A stretch of DNA of 63,143 bases, the filler included, from Nemertoderma westbladi (taxonomy: Eukaryota > Animalia > Xenacoelomorpha): the NCBI GenBank assembly GCA_032718475.1. It is 3 parts of 3 records of this genome, joined end to end, with 100 filler letters (N's around TTAATTAATTAA, not from the genome) between each part and the next. Parts side by side here need not be neighbours in the genome. Positions count along the whole stretch, not along the records: positions 1 to 24,164 come from JAUCBJ010004151.1; 2 more parts are not named here. The stretch is one strand, 5' to 3'. The position numbers were made by a program, and so were the translations under genes. The notes beneath the pieces are model-generated. The model was given only the letters and a program-made list of their open reading frames with translations. It made no database searches and was not told the origin of the DNA. Below are positions 13,152 through 24,264 of the stretch, one piece after another. The number at the start of each line of letters is the position of its first letter. Position 1 is the stretch's first letter.

Positions 13152-13729
13152 CGGGTCGGGTGAGTACAAAACAAAGACCCTCTGTACAAAACAAAGACCC
13201 TCTGTACAAAACAAAGACACTCTGTACAAAACAAAGACCCTCTGTACAAAACAAAGATCCACTGTATCAAAACAAAGACCCTCTGTACAAAACAAAGACA
13301 CTCTGTACAAAACAAAGATCCACTGTATCAAAACAAAGACCCTCTGTACAAAACAAAGACCCTTTGTACAAAACAAAGACCCTCTGTACAAAACAAAGAC
13401 ACTCTGTACAAAACAAAGACCCTCTGTACAAAACAAAGACCCTCTGTACAAAACAAAGACACTCTGTACAAAACAAAGATCCACTGTATCAAAACAAAGA
13501 CCCTCTGTACAAAACAAAGACCCACTGTACAAAACAAAGAGGTAAAGTCGCGTTAGGCCCCAAACAGCCCAGCGTTAGGTGCTATTGCCATTTAAAGGAG
13601 CGGGTTAGTAAAGGAGCAGGTAACAGAGGCGTGTAGGGGGAACCAAAACAATAAACGAAAGTTAACACATGTTACAAGATTATGCAGGCCTTTTAAATGG
13701 GTCTTGGGTCTTTGTTTTGTACACACCCG
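13152..13729. mobile_element. MITE with TSD TAGTTCTC whose left subterminal 20-bp motif is amplified into a minisatellite (13165-13540)
   Basis: TIR CGGGTGAGTACAAAACAAAGACCC / GGGTCTTTGTTTTGTACACACCCG. TAGTTCTC is duplicated at 13144-13151 and 13730-13737. Confidence 0.8.
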
Positions 13730-14041
13730 TAGTTCTCCTCCAATCCTGTTTCCCTTTCAACGGCTGCTGCTCTTACATTGTGACAGACTGGCTAGCCTTT
13801 ACTACCCGGGAATAGGGGGTATGTTTCATAAGTCCAACTGACTGCAGTCATCTTGCTCTCCTTTAGCAGCTGTACCGTATAATAAAATTCGGCACTTGAT
13901 ACCAACTCAATAACAAACTGTTATTATCCTGGTAATCTCCAGGGAGGCAAATCGCTCACGAACTTCGCTGCTGACTCACCCTGTGTAAGTATAACGTTGC
14001 TATTAATTAGTATTACTGGTGGAGGTTTCAACCATGTCGCT

Positions 14042-15461
14042 CAGTGGCGTTGGGGCGAGTCGCCCCGGGCGCAGGCCAGGTTGGGTGCAAACATCGCCCG
14101 CGTACAACCTTCACCCGGGGGAAACCTTCGCCCGCATGGCAATCTTCGCCCACGAGCAACCTTCGCCCAATAAGATTTGTGTTAGTAACCATTTTATTTA
14201 CAAATTGAGGAAAAGGATCAGGTTACAGAGACGGCTTTTTCAAGCCAATATAATAAACGAAGAAACGAGAAATAGGCACTCAAAGATTGCAAGAATTATT
14301 ATTCACTGCAGGCCATTTATTCTATTTAATAAATACACAATATTCTGGAACAATTTGTTTATGTATGATTAGCTATGCAATATAGATATCGTATAGGCAT
14401 TCCGCTGTTGCCTACCAACTCATAAAATAAATAACACGTTCTAGAATATTATGTATTTATTAAATAGAATAAATGACCTGCAGCGAACAATAATTCTTGC
14501 AATCTTTAAACGCCTATATGTCAGCTGTTTCTCAATGAAATTCAGATATTGTTACATATTTGGAATCCTTGCAACGCAAGCTTTATATTGATGTGAAAAA
14601 ATTACGGCTAAAGTGAAGAATGGCAATGATACAGAGGGTGCGATTTCGCAAAAGACACTTTTTTAAAACGCTTATAAATAAAATTTAAAGGCGAAATCGA
14701 AAATTCCGGCTTCATGGTAGCAATCACGGTGAGTTGAACTAGTTTTTTTTTTAAAGAAAAATTTGGGGGGGGGGGGGGGGTCCGTGTCATCAGAAAATGA
14801 CACTATATTACGGGTCATGGTGTATAATGTTATTAATTAAATTAATTAAATGTTATTATTAACAATGCTATTATCAGTAGTTATTTATATCTAGTCAATC
14901 AATATCTATCTAGTCCGATGGAAGCGTCTGCCAAAACCGTAAATATTCATTCCAGAACATGTATTTATTGAACATACACCCCTAGGGTGTATGCAGTTCA
15001 TTAGTGGCACAGGCAGGAGACACAACGTACTGTATAAATTGAAGGTGAGTTGATTCTTTGGTTGTCTGACTCAACGGATGGTGTATCCCAGTGAGCGTAC
15101 ATACATAGTAAGGGCTTCCCTCTTAAATAATGGTAACACAATGCAATATATTATACTGTGTAGTATTATTTTTCCGTGGTTGCGTTATGAGCGTATATCT
15201 CAAACTCAATAGTATTTAGTATTGTAGCTGTGTTGTTAATAATATTCATTATAATTGTATATCTTTGCGGTAATACTTAAATTATTTAATAAATTTATTA
15301 ACCTATTTTTAATTGATTTATTGGCTATTTTAATTTCAAAAAAATATCCGTATATACAGAATTTAATAAAAGTGTAAATAAAAATTACTTTGTATTTCGG
15401 GGGGGGGGGGGGGGGGGGGGGGGTTATTTAGACATTGTCCCGCATTAGCCATACGCCACTG
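14042..15461. mobile_element. hAT-type non-autonomous DNA transposon
   Basis: TIR CAGTGGCGT / ACGCCACTG with a perfect 8-bp TSD ATGTCGCT on both sides. Confidence 0.85.
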
Positions 15462-17372
15462 ATGTCGCTTCAGGCCGAATTAATTTCAATAATATGATGA
15501 TACATACTGGCGCACCATAAACAGTCACTGTGTCGATGTCACGAAGTGGACATTCAGTTCATAAACTACCTAATAAAAGATCTATTACATACAAATAAAG
15601 AACTCATTTCGGGATTTCACTTTAGAATCTCCTTAATAATATATCTTAATATTTCACTTCCTCGCATTCCTTACGCTTGGGAAAAGCTTCCCAACCGAAA
15701 TTTCCCGTAAAATTTCGACAAGGAAAGATAATTACTGAAATGACAGGTAATTAAAAATGACTACCTATCTGCAGGACATCCAATTTGTAACAGCAGGGAA
15801 GGACTGTACGGAAATCGAAGGCTACTAGGCCGACTTGCTGTCGTATTGGAGCCACCCCACATGTAACTAAATTTTAAAAATTTTCAAAAAATCTCCGATA
15901 TTTCTCCAAAGGTACTGATTTTAATCTTTGGTGTTTTCGTTTTCATTGAATCCTTTGGTTACATTTTCAACATTTTGTATTTTTTTTTTACATTTTCAAT
16001 TCGTCTTCATTTTTTCACCCGGGGACGAAAGGTGCAAGTACCGGTAATGAAAAAAACAAGTTAGGTTTGTTATAGATAATTGGACAGAATGGTTAATTAC
16101 GTTAATTAAACGTTAATTAGACGGAAAACTGACGGATAAACAGACAGACAGAACTACGAAAACCCCCGTGACAAAAACCTTAGCTACAGTAGTTTGTGTG
16201 TTTTTTATTATAATTGAACGGGCAACTGGCGGAAAAAACGGACAGACAGCCTAACATGCAGTCAGATTAAATTCCACCAAATGCAAAAATTTACATCGGA
16301 ATCTAAAATCATCGACTAGGAAAACTCCCATAACCAATTTTTAGCTGATGACAGTATTTTATTATAACTGGGCGTAAAACTAACGGACAAACAGCCTAGA
16401 TTCCGCTAAACATATAAATTTACATTGTAATTGTAAATGAAATCTCCGATCAGACTAACCTAACTAACGACCACACAACTCTTCTCAACACCGCTCTCAC
16501 ACCACTGACAAATCTGTTTACAAATTGTGTACAAACTTCAGTAAGATCCACTTCTAAAATCATGGTTGTATCATATTATTCTTACATATTGACGGAGAGT
16601 TTGCGTGGGAAAGTTTAAAAGACATTTTGTTTTACTCATTTTACTCCTATTTCATTTATCGGTCATTATTCCTCACTAAAAATGTATCGCCTCCTCCGAT
16701 CTTTGTCCGATTTAACTATGTGTTTTGTTTGAATGCCTTGTCTCTCCTAAATCCTTAGTTTTTTTCTTGCTACTTTATTTTTTAATAGTTCTCGAGAATA
16801 GTGAGATTGAAGCCTGCGTAGTCTATAAAAATACAAATTTTATGACTTACAGTAGTGTCACGAAAAGTAAAAAAGCCAAAAAAAAATTAATTTGCCGAGA
16901 TTAGATATGCGTTTAGTTTCCCCCGGCTGTCTCCTATTATTTCAACATAAGAGTACCGATTCCGAGTTAAAAAGTCCATCCATCTGGTAACTAACTGGTA
17001 GGGATTAAACTGGGAACCAAAGTTCATAAAATTACACATACCAATGAATCGATTTCAATCAATTTCAACTGGACTGTCTCTTTAAATATTAAATAAACGC
17101 TATGGAATGGCTGATTTTAATTCGAAACTTATTAAAATGTTAGTATGAAAGTAAATAATGATAAATTTAACAATAATGTTGAACCACTGGGTACCAGGTT
17201 GAGGCACCTACAGTACGATAATTAACTGGACAACTGTGCCCAATTAACAGTCAAATTTTACCTTAAAAACTAAAATTGTGGTTTCTATTTTCTAAATTTA
17301 AAAATTATGTCAATAATAGGAAATTTTTAATGCAGTTACAACATAATGTTTTACTTTTTGGAAAATATTTTT

Positions 17373-20300
17373 CCCAACTCCTGTTTCACTTCCAACTCCT
17401 GTCCCACTCCCAACTCCTGCCCCACTCCCAACTTCTGTCCCACTCCCAACTCCTGTCCCACTTCCAACTCCTGTCCCACACCCAACTCCAGTCCCACCCC
17501 CAACTCCTGTCCCACTCCCAACTCCTGTCCCACACCCAACTCCTGTCCCACTTCCAACTCCTGTCCCACTCCCAACTCCTGTCCCACTTCCAACTCCTGT
17601 CCCACTCCCAACTCCTGCCCCACTCCCAACTTCTGTCCCACTCCCAACTCCTGTCCCACTTCCAACTCCTGTCCCACTCCCAACTCCTGTCCCACTTCCA
17701 ACTCCTGTCCCACTCCCAACTCCTGTCCCACTTCCAACTCCTGTCCCACTCCCAACTCCTGTCCCACTCCGAACTCCTGCCCCACTCCCAACTCCTGCCC
17801 CACTCCCAACTCCTGCCCCATTCCCAACTCCTGCCCCACTCCTAACTCCTGTCCCACTTCCAACTCCTGTCCCACTCCCACCTCCTGTCCCACTCCCAAC
17901 TCCTGTCCCACTCCGAACTCCTGCCCCACTCCCAACTCCTGTCCCACTCCCAACTCCTGCCCCACTCCCAACTCCTGTCCCACTCCCAACTCCAGTCCCA
18001 CTCCCAACTCCTGCCCCACTCCCAACTCCTGTACGACTCCCAACTCCTGTCCCACTTCCAACTCCTGTCCCACTTCCCACTCCTGTCCCACTCCCAACTC
18101 CTGTCCCACTTCCAACTCCTGTCCCACTCCCAACTCCTGTCCCACTCCCAACTCCTGTCCCACTCACAACTCCTGTCCCACTCCGACCTCCTGCCCCACT
18201 CCCAACTCCTGTCCCACTCCGAACTCCTGCCCCACTCCCAACTCCTGTCCCACTCCCAACTCCTGTCCCACTCCCAACTCCTGTCCCACTCCCAACTCCT
18301 GTCCCACTCCCAACTCCTGTCCCACTCCCAACTCCTGTCCCACTCCCAACTCCTGTCCCACTCCGAACTCCTGCCCCACTCCGAACTCATGCCCCACTCC
18401 CAACTCCTGTCCCACTCCGAACTCCTGCCCCACTCCCAACTCCTGTCCCACTCCCAACTCCTGTCCCACTTCCAACTCCTGTCCCACACCCAACTCCTGC
18501 CCCACTCCCAACTTCTGTCCCACTCCCAACTCCTGTCCCACTCCCAACTCCTGTCCCACTCCCAACTTCTGTCCCACTTCCAACTCCTGTCCCACACCCA
18601 ACTCCTGCCCCACTCCCAACTCCTGTCCCAATCCCAACTCCTGTCCCACTTCCAACTCCTGTCCCACACCCAACTCCAGTCCCACCCCCAACTCCTGTCC
18701 CACTCCCAACTCCTGTCCCACTTCCAACTCCTGTCCCACTCCGAACTCCTGCCCCACTCCGAACTCCTGCCCCACTCCGAACTCCTGTCCCACTCCCAAC
18801 TCCTGTCCCACTCCCAACTCCTGTCCTACTCCCAACTCCTGTCCCACTTCCAACTCCTGTCCCACTCCGAACTCCTGCCCCACTCCCAACTCCTGTCCCA
18901 CTCCCAACTCCTGTCCCACTCCCAACTCCTGTCCCACTCCCAACTCCTGTCCCACTCCCAACTCCTGTCCCACTCCCAACTCCTGTCCCACTCCCAACTC
19001 CTGTCCCACTCCGAACTCCTGCCCCACTCCGAACTCATGCCCCACTCCCAACTCCTGTCCCACTCCGAACTCCTGCCCCACTCCCAACTCCTGTCCCACT
19101 CCCAACTCCTGTCCCACACCCAACTCCTGCCCCACTCCCAACTCCTGTCCCACTCCCAACTCCTGTCCCACTCCCAACTCCTGTCCCACTCCCAACTTCT
19201 GTCCCACTTCCAACTCCTGTCCCACACCCAACTCCTGCCCCACTCCCAACTCCTGTCCCACTCCCAACTCCTGTCCCACTTCCAACTCCTGTCCCACACC
19301 CAACTCCAGTCCCACCCCCAACTCCTGTCCCACTCCCAACTCCTGTCCCACACCCAACTCCTGTCCCACTTCCAACTCCTGTCCCACTCCGAACTCCTGC
19401 CCCACTCCGAACTCCTGTCCCACTCCCAACTCCTGTCCCACTCCCAACTCCTGTCCTACTCCCAACTCCTGTCCCACTTCCAACTCCTGTCCCACACCCA
19501 ACTCCAGTCCCACCCCCAACTCCTGTCCCACTCCCAACTCCTGTCCCACACCCAACTCCTGTCCCACTTCCAACTCCTGTCCCACTCCCAACTCCTGTCC
19601 CACTTCCAACTCCTGTCCCACTCCCAACTCCTGCCCCACTCCCAACTTCTGTCCCACTCCCAACTCCTGTCCCACTTCCAACTCATGTCCCACTCCCAAC
19701 TCCTGTCCCACTTCCAACTCCTGTCCCACTCCCAACTCCTGTCCCACTTCCAACTCCTGTCCCACTCCCAACTCCTGTCCCACTCCGAACTCCTGCCCCA
19801 CTCCCAACTCCTGCCCCACTCCCAACTCCTGCCCCATTCCCAACTCCTGCCCCACTCCTAACTCCTGTCCCACTTCCAACTCCTGTCCCACTCCCACCTC
19901 CTGTCCCACTCCCAACTCCTGTCCCACTCCGAACTCCTGCCCCACTCCCAACTCCTGTCCCACTCCCAACTCCTGCCCCACTCCCAACTCCTGTCCCACT
20001 CCCAACTCCAGTCCCACTCCCAACTCCTGCCCCACTCCCAACTCCTGTACGACTCCCAACTCCTGTCCCACTTCCAACTCCTGTCCCACTTCCCACTCCT
20101 GTCCCACTCCCAACTCCTGTCCCACTTCCAACTCCTGTCCCACTCCCAACTCCTGTCCCACTCCCAACTCCTGTCCCACTCACAACTCATGTCCCACTCC
20201 GACCTCCTGCCCCACTCCCAACTCCTGTCCCACTCCGAACTCCTGCCCCACTCCCAACTCCTGTCCCACTCCCAACTCCTGTCCCACTCCCAACTCCTGT

Positions 20301-20925
20301 CCCACTCCCAACTCCTGTCCCACTCCCAACTCCTGTCCCACTCCCAACTCCTGTCCCACTCCCAACTCCTGTCCCACTCCGAACTCCTGCCCCACTCCGA
20401 ACTCATGCCCCACTCCCAACTCCTGTCCCACTCCGAACTCCTGCCCCACTCCCAACTCCTGTCCCACTCCCAACTCCTGTCCCACTTCCAACTCCTGTCC
20501 CACACCCAACTCCTGCCCCACTCCCAACTCCTGTCCCACTCCCAACTCCTGTCCCACTCCCAACTCCTGTCCCACTCCCAACTTCTGTCCCACTTCCAAC
20601 TCCTGTCCCACACCCAACTCCTGCCCCACTCCCAACTCCTGTCCCACTCCCAACTCCTGTCCCACTTCCAACTCCTGTCCCACACCCAACTCCAGTCCCA
20701 CCCCCAACTCCTGTCCCACTCCCAACTCCTGTCCCACACCCAACTCCTGTCCCACTTCCAACTCCTGTCCCACTCCGAACTCCTGCCCCACTCCGAACTC
20801 CTGTCCCACTCCCAACTCCTGTCCCACTCCCAACTCCTGTCCTACTCCCAACTCCTGTCCCACTTCCAACTCCTGTCCTACACCCAACTCCTGTCCCACT
20901 TCCAACTCCTGTCCCACTCCCAATA
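17373..20925. repeat. 18-bp minisatellite (CCCAACTCCTGTCCCACT)n, ~197 units, with a 2016-bp higher-order duplication
   Basis: Directly visible. Rare variant units recur at an offset of 2016 bp (e.g. 18163 and 20179). Confidence 0.97.
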
Positions 20926-21654
20926 AGTTCTAACTAAAACAATAATTACTTTATTTTATATTTAAACCCATTAACGTCATGAAAAGAATCTGAAATGAAT
21001 ATTCAACCTTGTGAGTTAGCGTGGTTGCTTCCCATTTCATTCCATTAACAGCTAAGAGATAAAACCCTCGTGTACACTCCGATGTTTAGGTTCAGGTTCA
21101 ACAATAAGACTGCAATAGTCGTGTTATAATGTTATAATTTTGTAATATATTACTATATTTAAGTAATATATTGGTTCGCAGCGAATTCCCCACGAAGCAA
21201 CGTGTATATTCAATAAAGTTGCTCTGAGACTGGTAAGCCCCAACCATCTAAGTTTAACTGCTCTAATTACTTATACCATATGTAACGTCCGCCCAACACG
21301 TCACGTATGGGATAGCTGTCACTTATAAGATTTGACAGTTTTTTTTCAACCTCGACGCATAAATTTTGAAGTAGCAGTCTTTCTGATACAACCCATACAT
21401 GGGAAAAATATCGAAGGAATGGATGTGATGATCTAAATGTGCATCAGTTCGCGTTTTTTTTTATGATAAAAAACCTCCTTCACGTATGGCAGTAATGGGA
21501 CACTTTATTTTGATAATTTTGGACATGATCCCGCAAGTTATTCATGCACTGATTAACTACGATAATTTCCCATCTAACTGAAACATATGGAAGAATGAGT
21601 GTGAGTGTTAACACATCGTTTAATGGCCCACATTTGCCAATTTATAGCCATTAA

Positions 21655-21847
21655 GGCCGCGTTCACACTACCGAGTCAAAGTCAAACGATAAAATGTAAA
21701 ACAAATCACATGAAATTTAATTTTTTCTAGAACGCCCTTATGTATTATATTAGGCCTATATAATGTAATGTATTATTATTTATTATTGCTAGCTCGCTAG
21801 CTATATTTATTTTATTTTGACTTTGACTCGGCAGTGTGAACGCGACC
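21655..21847. mobile_element. PIF/Harbinger-type MITE
   Basis: TIR GGCCGCGTTCACACT...GAGTCAAAGTCAAA and its inverse, with a TAA TSD on both sides. Confidence 0.8.
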
Positions 21848-22020
21848 TAAATTAATCATTTACCGAAAGTCACTTCCGAAGCGCTTTCGGGTTACGGACT
21901 GTTTCACATTTTTTTGCAAAGTAAAAAAACAAAGTTAATTTCTGACATTTTATGAGATTTTAATTAAAATTATTTGTTTGTTATTCGCATATCAAAATAG
22001 AAAGTATCATGATACAAAAG

Positions 22021-23235
22021 TTAATTCCTCTTTCCCCTTTTCCGACATTTTCGCCCAGTTTGCTGCTCAACGTCTCCCTTATCTAACGACGGCTCCTCTG
22101 TTACCCGTTTACGATTGGTTTTGGTAACGGCTCGTTTATTGGGAGATTTATTCGGTCTAATCGGCGAATCTGGGGGCGATGACGACGAAGAATCGGCACA
22201 AACTTGGTCGAAGAGAAGATCTAAATCCGCACTCGCTATCGTATCGTCGGACACGGCAGGGTCTCTACTGAAAGTAACAGTGGGCTGTTTGGCAGTCCTG
22301 CCAGACCGCTGGGTATCGGGCTGCCTCGCCATACACTTCTGTTTAAGTCGCGATCTTCTCCCCCCGATAGAGAGAGTTCTCTCATCCGCGTTGTTTTCGC
22401 CGCCAATAGCAGCGGATCCCGAGTCCACGGTCGCCATAGCAACGGTTCCCCCGTCGTCGGTCGCCATAGCAACGGGTCCCGTGGCGCGCCGCGCATCGCA
22501 GAGCGCCGTTATTGCGTCACCGATCCCGGGGCGGATTAAATCGATGTCCCGCGGCGGTTTCTCCCCCGCGACTAGCTCGCACTTAATGCGGTGGTACGTC
22601 GAGTGGATGGTAGACAGTTCGGAGAGGAGACCCGCGTCCGACAGCTCGGTGAGTGCGTTGGCTTCTGGCTCCTCGTACAGACCGGAGGAGAGAACTACGT
22701 CGCTGGATTCGCTCTCATCCTTTTTGCGTCGACTCAGTGGGATGAGGACTGGGGTGGCTGCAGCGCAGTACTGGAAGGCGGATAGTTCGCAGAGTCGTCG
22801 ATATACAAACTCCGCGTCCCAGTGTCCGTTCGAGACGATGAACTTAATGAGAGACTGGAGATTGCCGAGGGTTTCAGCGGTAAGCCGGATCTTGACGGGC
22901 GCCTCGCAGGGTTGGCTGAGGTATAGAGCGTACAATAGGTACAAACAACCGGTTCGTGCCTGGACGTTGTGCGAAGGGCGGAGGAATTCCGTCGCTACGA
23001 ATAATGCCCTTTCAGTGAAGTAGTACTGCTCCGATGCGGAGCTCAGACCGATAAACACGAGTGGGAAATTCATGTCGCGCCAGATTTTGCTGAAGACTTC
23101 GAATCGAATACTGTCGGTTTCAACAAATTGGTGAAGAAGTTTCTCGCAGTCGGATTTAAAACCGGCTGAAACAAATTGTTTGTTAGAGTAGGTATCATCC
23201 AGCGGAAAACGCTCAGTACAAGGAATCGTAGCCAT
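22021..23235 (-). CDS. SNAPC1: snRNA-activating protein complex subunit 1 (SNAP43), intronless CDS
   Basis: N-terminal SNAP43 domain (DCEKLLHQF..SIRFEVFSKIWRDMNF; RTGCLYLLYALYLSQP..VKIRL) and a basic C-terminus. Confidence 0.9.
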   Translation of the reverse strand: MATIPCTERFPLDDTYSNKQFVSAGFKSDCEKLLHQFVETDSIRFEVFSKIWRDMNFPLVFIGLSSASEQYYFTERALFVATEFLRPSHNVQARTGCLYLLYALYLSQPCEAPVKIRLTAETLGNLQSLIKFIVSNGHWDAEFVYRRLCELSAFQYCAAATPVLIPLSRRKKDESESSDVVLSSGLYEEPEANALTELSDAGLLSELSTIHSTYHRIKCELVAGEKPPRDIDLIRPGIGDAITALCDARRATGPVAMATDDGGTVAMATVDSGSAAIGGENNADERTLSIGGRRSRLKQKCMARQPDTQRSGRTAKQPTVTFSRDPAVSDDTIASADLDLLFDQVCADSSSSSPPDSPIRPNKSPNKRAVTKTNRKRVTEEPSLDKGDVEQQTGRKCRKRGKRN

Positions 23236-23754
23236 TTCAGTTTATTTATGCCGATATATATTAGGAACCGCAGCCTACCGCTAACAGTAACGGTACCGTA
23301 CAGCCGCACAGCAGTAGGTATTTTATTTTAACTGCTGAAATAGTAAAAAAAGTATCGGAAATAATAAGCAAATAATTAGTGACTAAACATCGCCAATTTC
23401 AATAGACCGAAATTAAAATATTATGTTCCGATTGAGAGTTTGCAAGAGTTGGCAGGTTTTTAGGCTTCAGATAAAATACCATCGATTTCAGATTTCAATG
23501 CACAAGATCGAGGACATGAAGACATAAATACACAGGCACTCGGCACTGTATATGAATTTCGGTCAAGTCAACAACAAAAAAACATAAACAACTAATGGCC
23601 AAGAAAGTTCTTGACGATACGTTTTTTTTATCAAAAATTCACTCATCTGCGTAAACATCCTATCGAAAGCTGTAAGTTTACTCCACTGGGGCTTGAACTC
23701 ACGACCTTTTGGATTAGAGACAATGTTTTACAATTTTTTTATATACATCTACAG

Positions 23755-23870
23755 GTGCGTTTATGATACCATACGCTATAATGTTGGCAGTTGAAGGAAT
23801 CCCTGTGTTTTTCTTAGAGCTTTCTATTGGTCAACGATTACGAAAAGGACCGGTTCACGCGTGGAACGAA
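23755..23870 (+). CDS. SLC6 transporter coding exon 4 (GAFMIPYAIMLAVEGIPVFFLELSIGQRLRKGPVHAWNE), SLC6A15-20 amino-acid transporter-like
   Basis: Continues exon 3 in phase (NGG-GAF). TACAG acceptor and GTTAGT donor. No downstream exons were recognised before the gap. Confidence 0.92.
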
Positions 23871-24164
23871 GTTAGTAAACCTTCGCTCATATTAACTGTA
23901 GCTGTTAGTATGCAACTTCGATCAGAGATGTACTTTTACATTTGTTTTAAATTTGCTCGCTTCGCTCGCGTTTTTAAATTAACTTAGAGTCCGATACATA
24001 TTGTATTGTTATATAACACATTCTGCGTAATGATAAAAAGATTATCGGTACCATTGCATTATTTTATGTACGATAAATACACCAGCTAGGCCTACTGGAA
24101 GCAGATAAATACATAACCACCACCAGCTACGATTCTTAGCTTCTGGGGGGCTTCTCTCTTTTGA

Positions 24165-24264
24165 NNNNNNNNNNNNNNNNNNNNNNNNNNNNNNNNNNNN
24201 NNNNNNNNTTAATTAATTAANNNNNNNNNNNNNNNNNNNNNNNNNNNNNNNNNNNNNNNNNNNN
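24165..24264. other. Assembly gap with artificial TTAATTAATTAA linker
   Basis: 100-nt N run with a central linker, identical in design to 50420-50519. Confidence 0.95.

Noticed and set aside
13037-13636. ORFs and CRISPR-like periodicity
   Set aside because: Contiguous 20-bp tandem repeats with no unique spacers and no cas genes, in a eukaryotic MITE context.
17276-20933. Many long ORFs in all frames ([24 protein letters not shown] repeats)
   Set aside because: They follow automatically from an 18-bp stop-free repeat unit. No signal peptide or non-repetitive domain is present.
22115-23023. 302-aa + strand ORF (and similar antisense ORFs over cactin, vasa and gag-pol)
   Set aside because: Shadow ORFs opposite well-supported genes.
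24209-24220. TTAATTAATTAA palindrome within Ns
   Set aside because: Artificial scaffold linker, so adjacency across it is not guaranteed.
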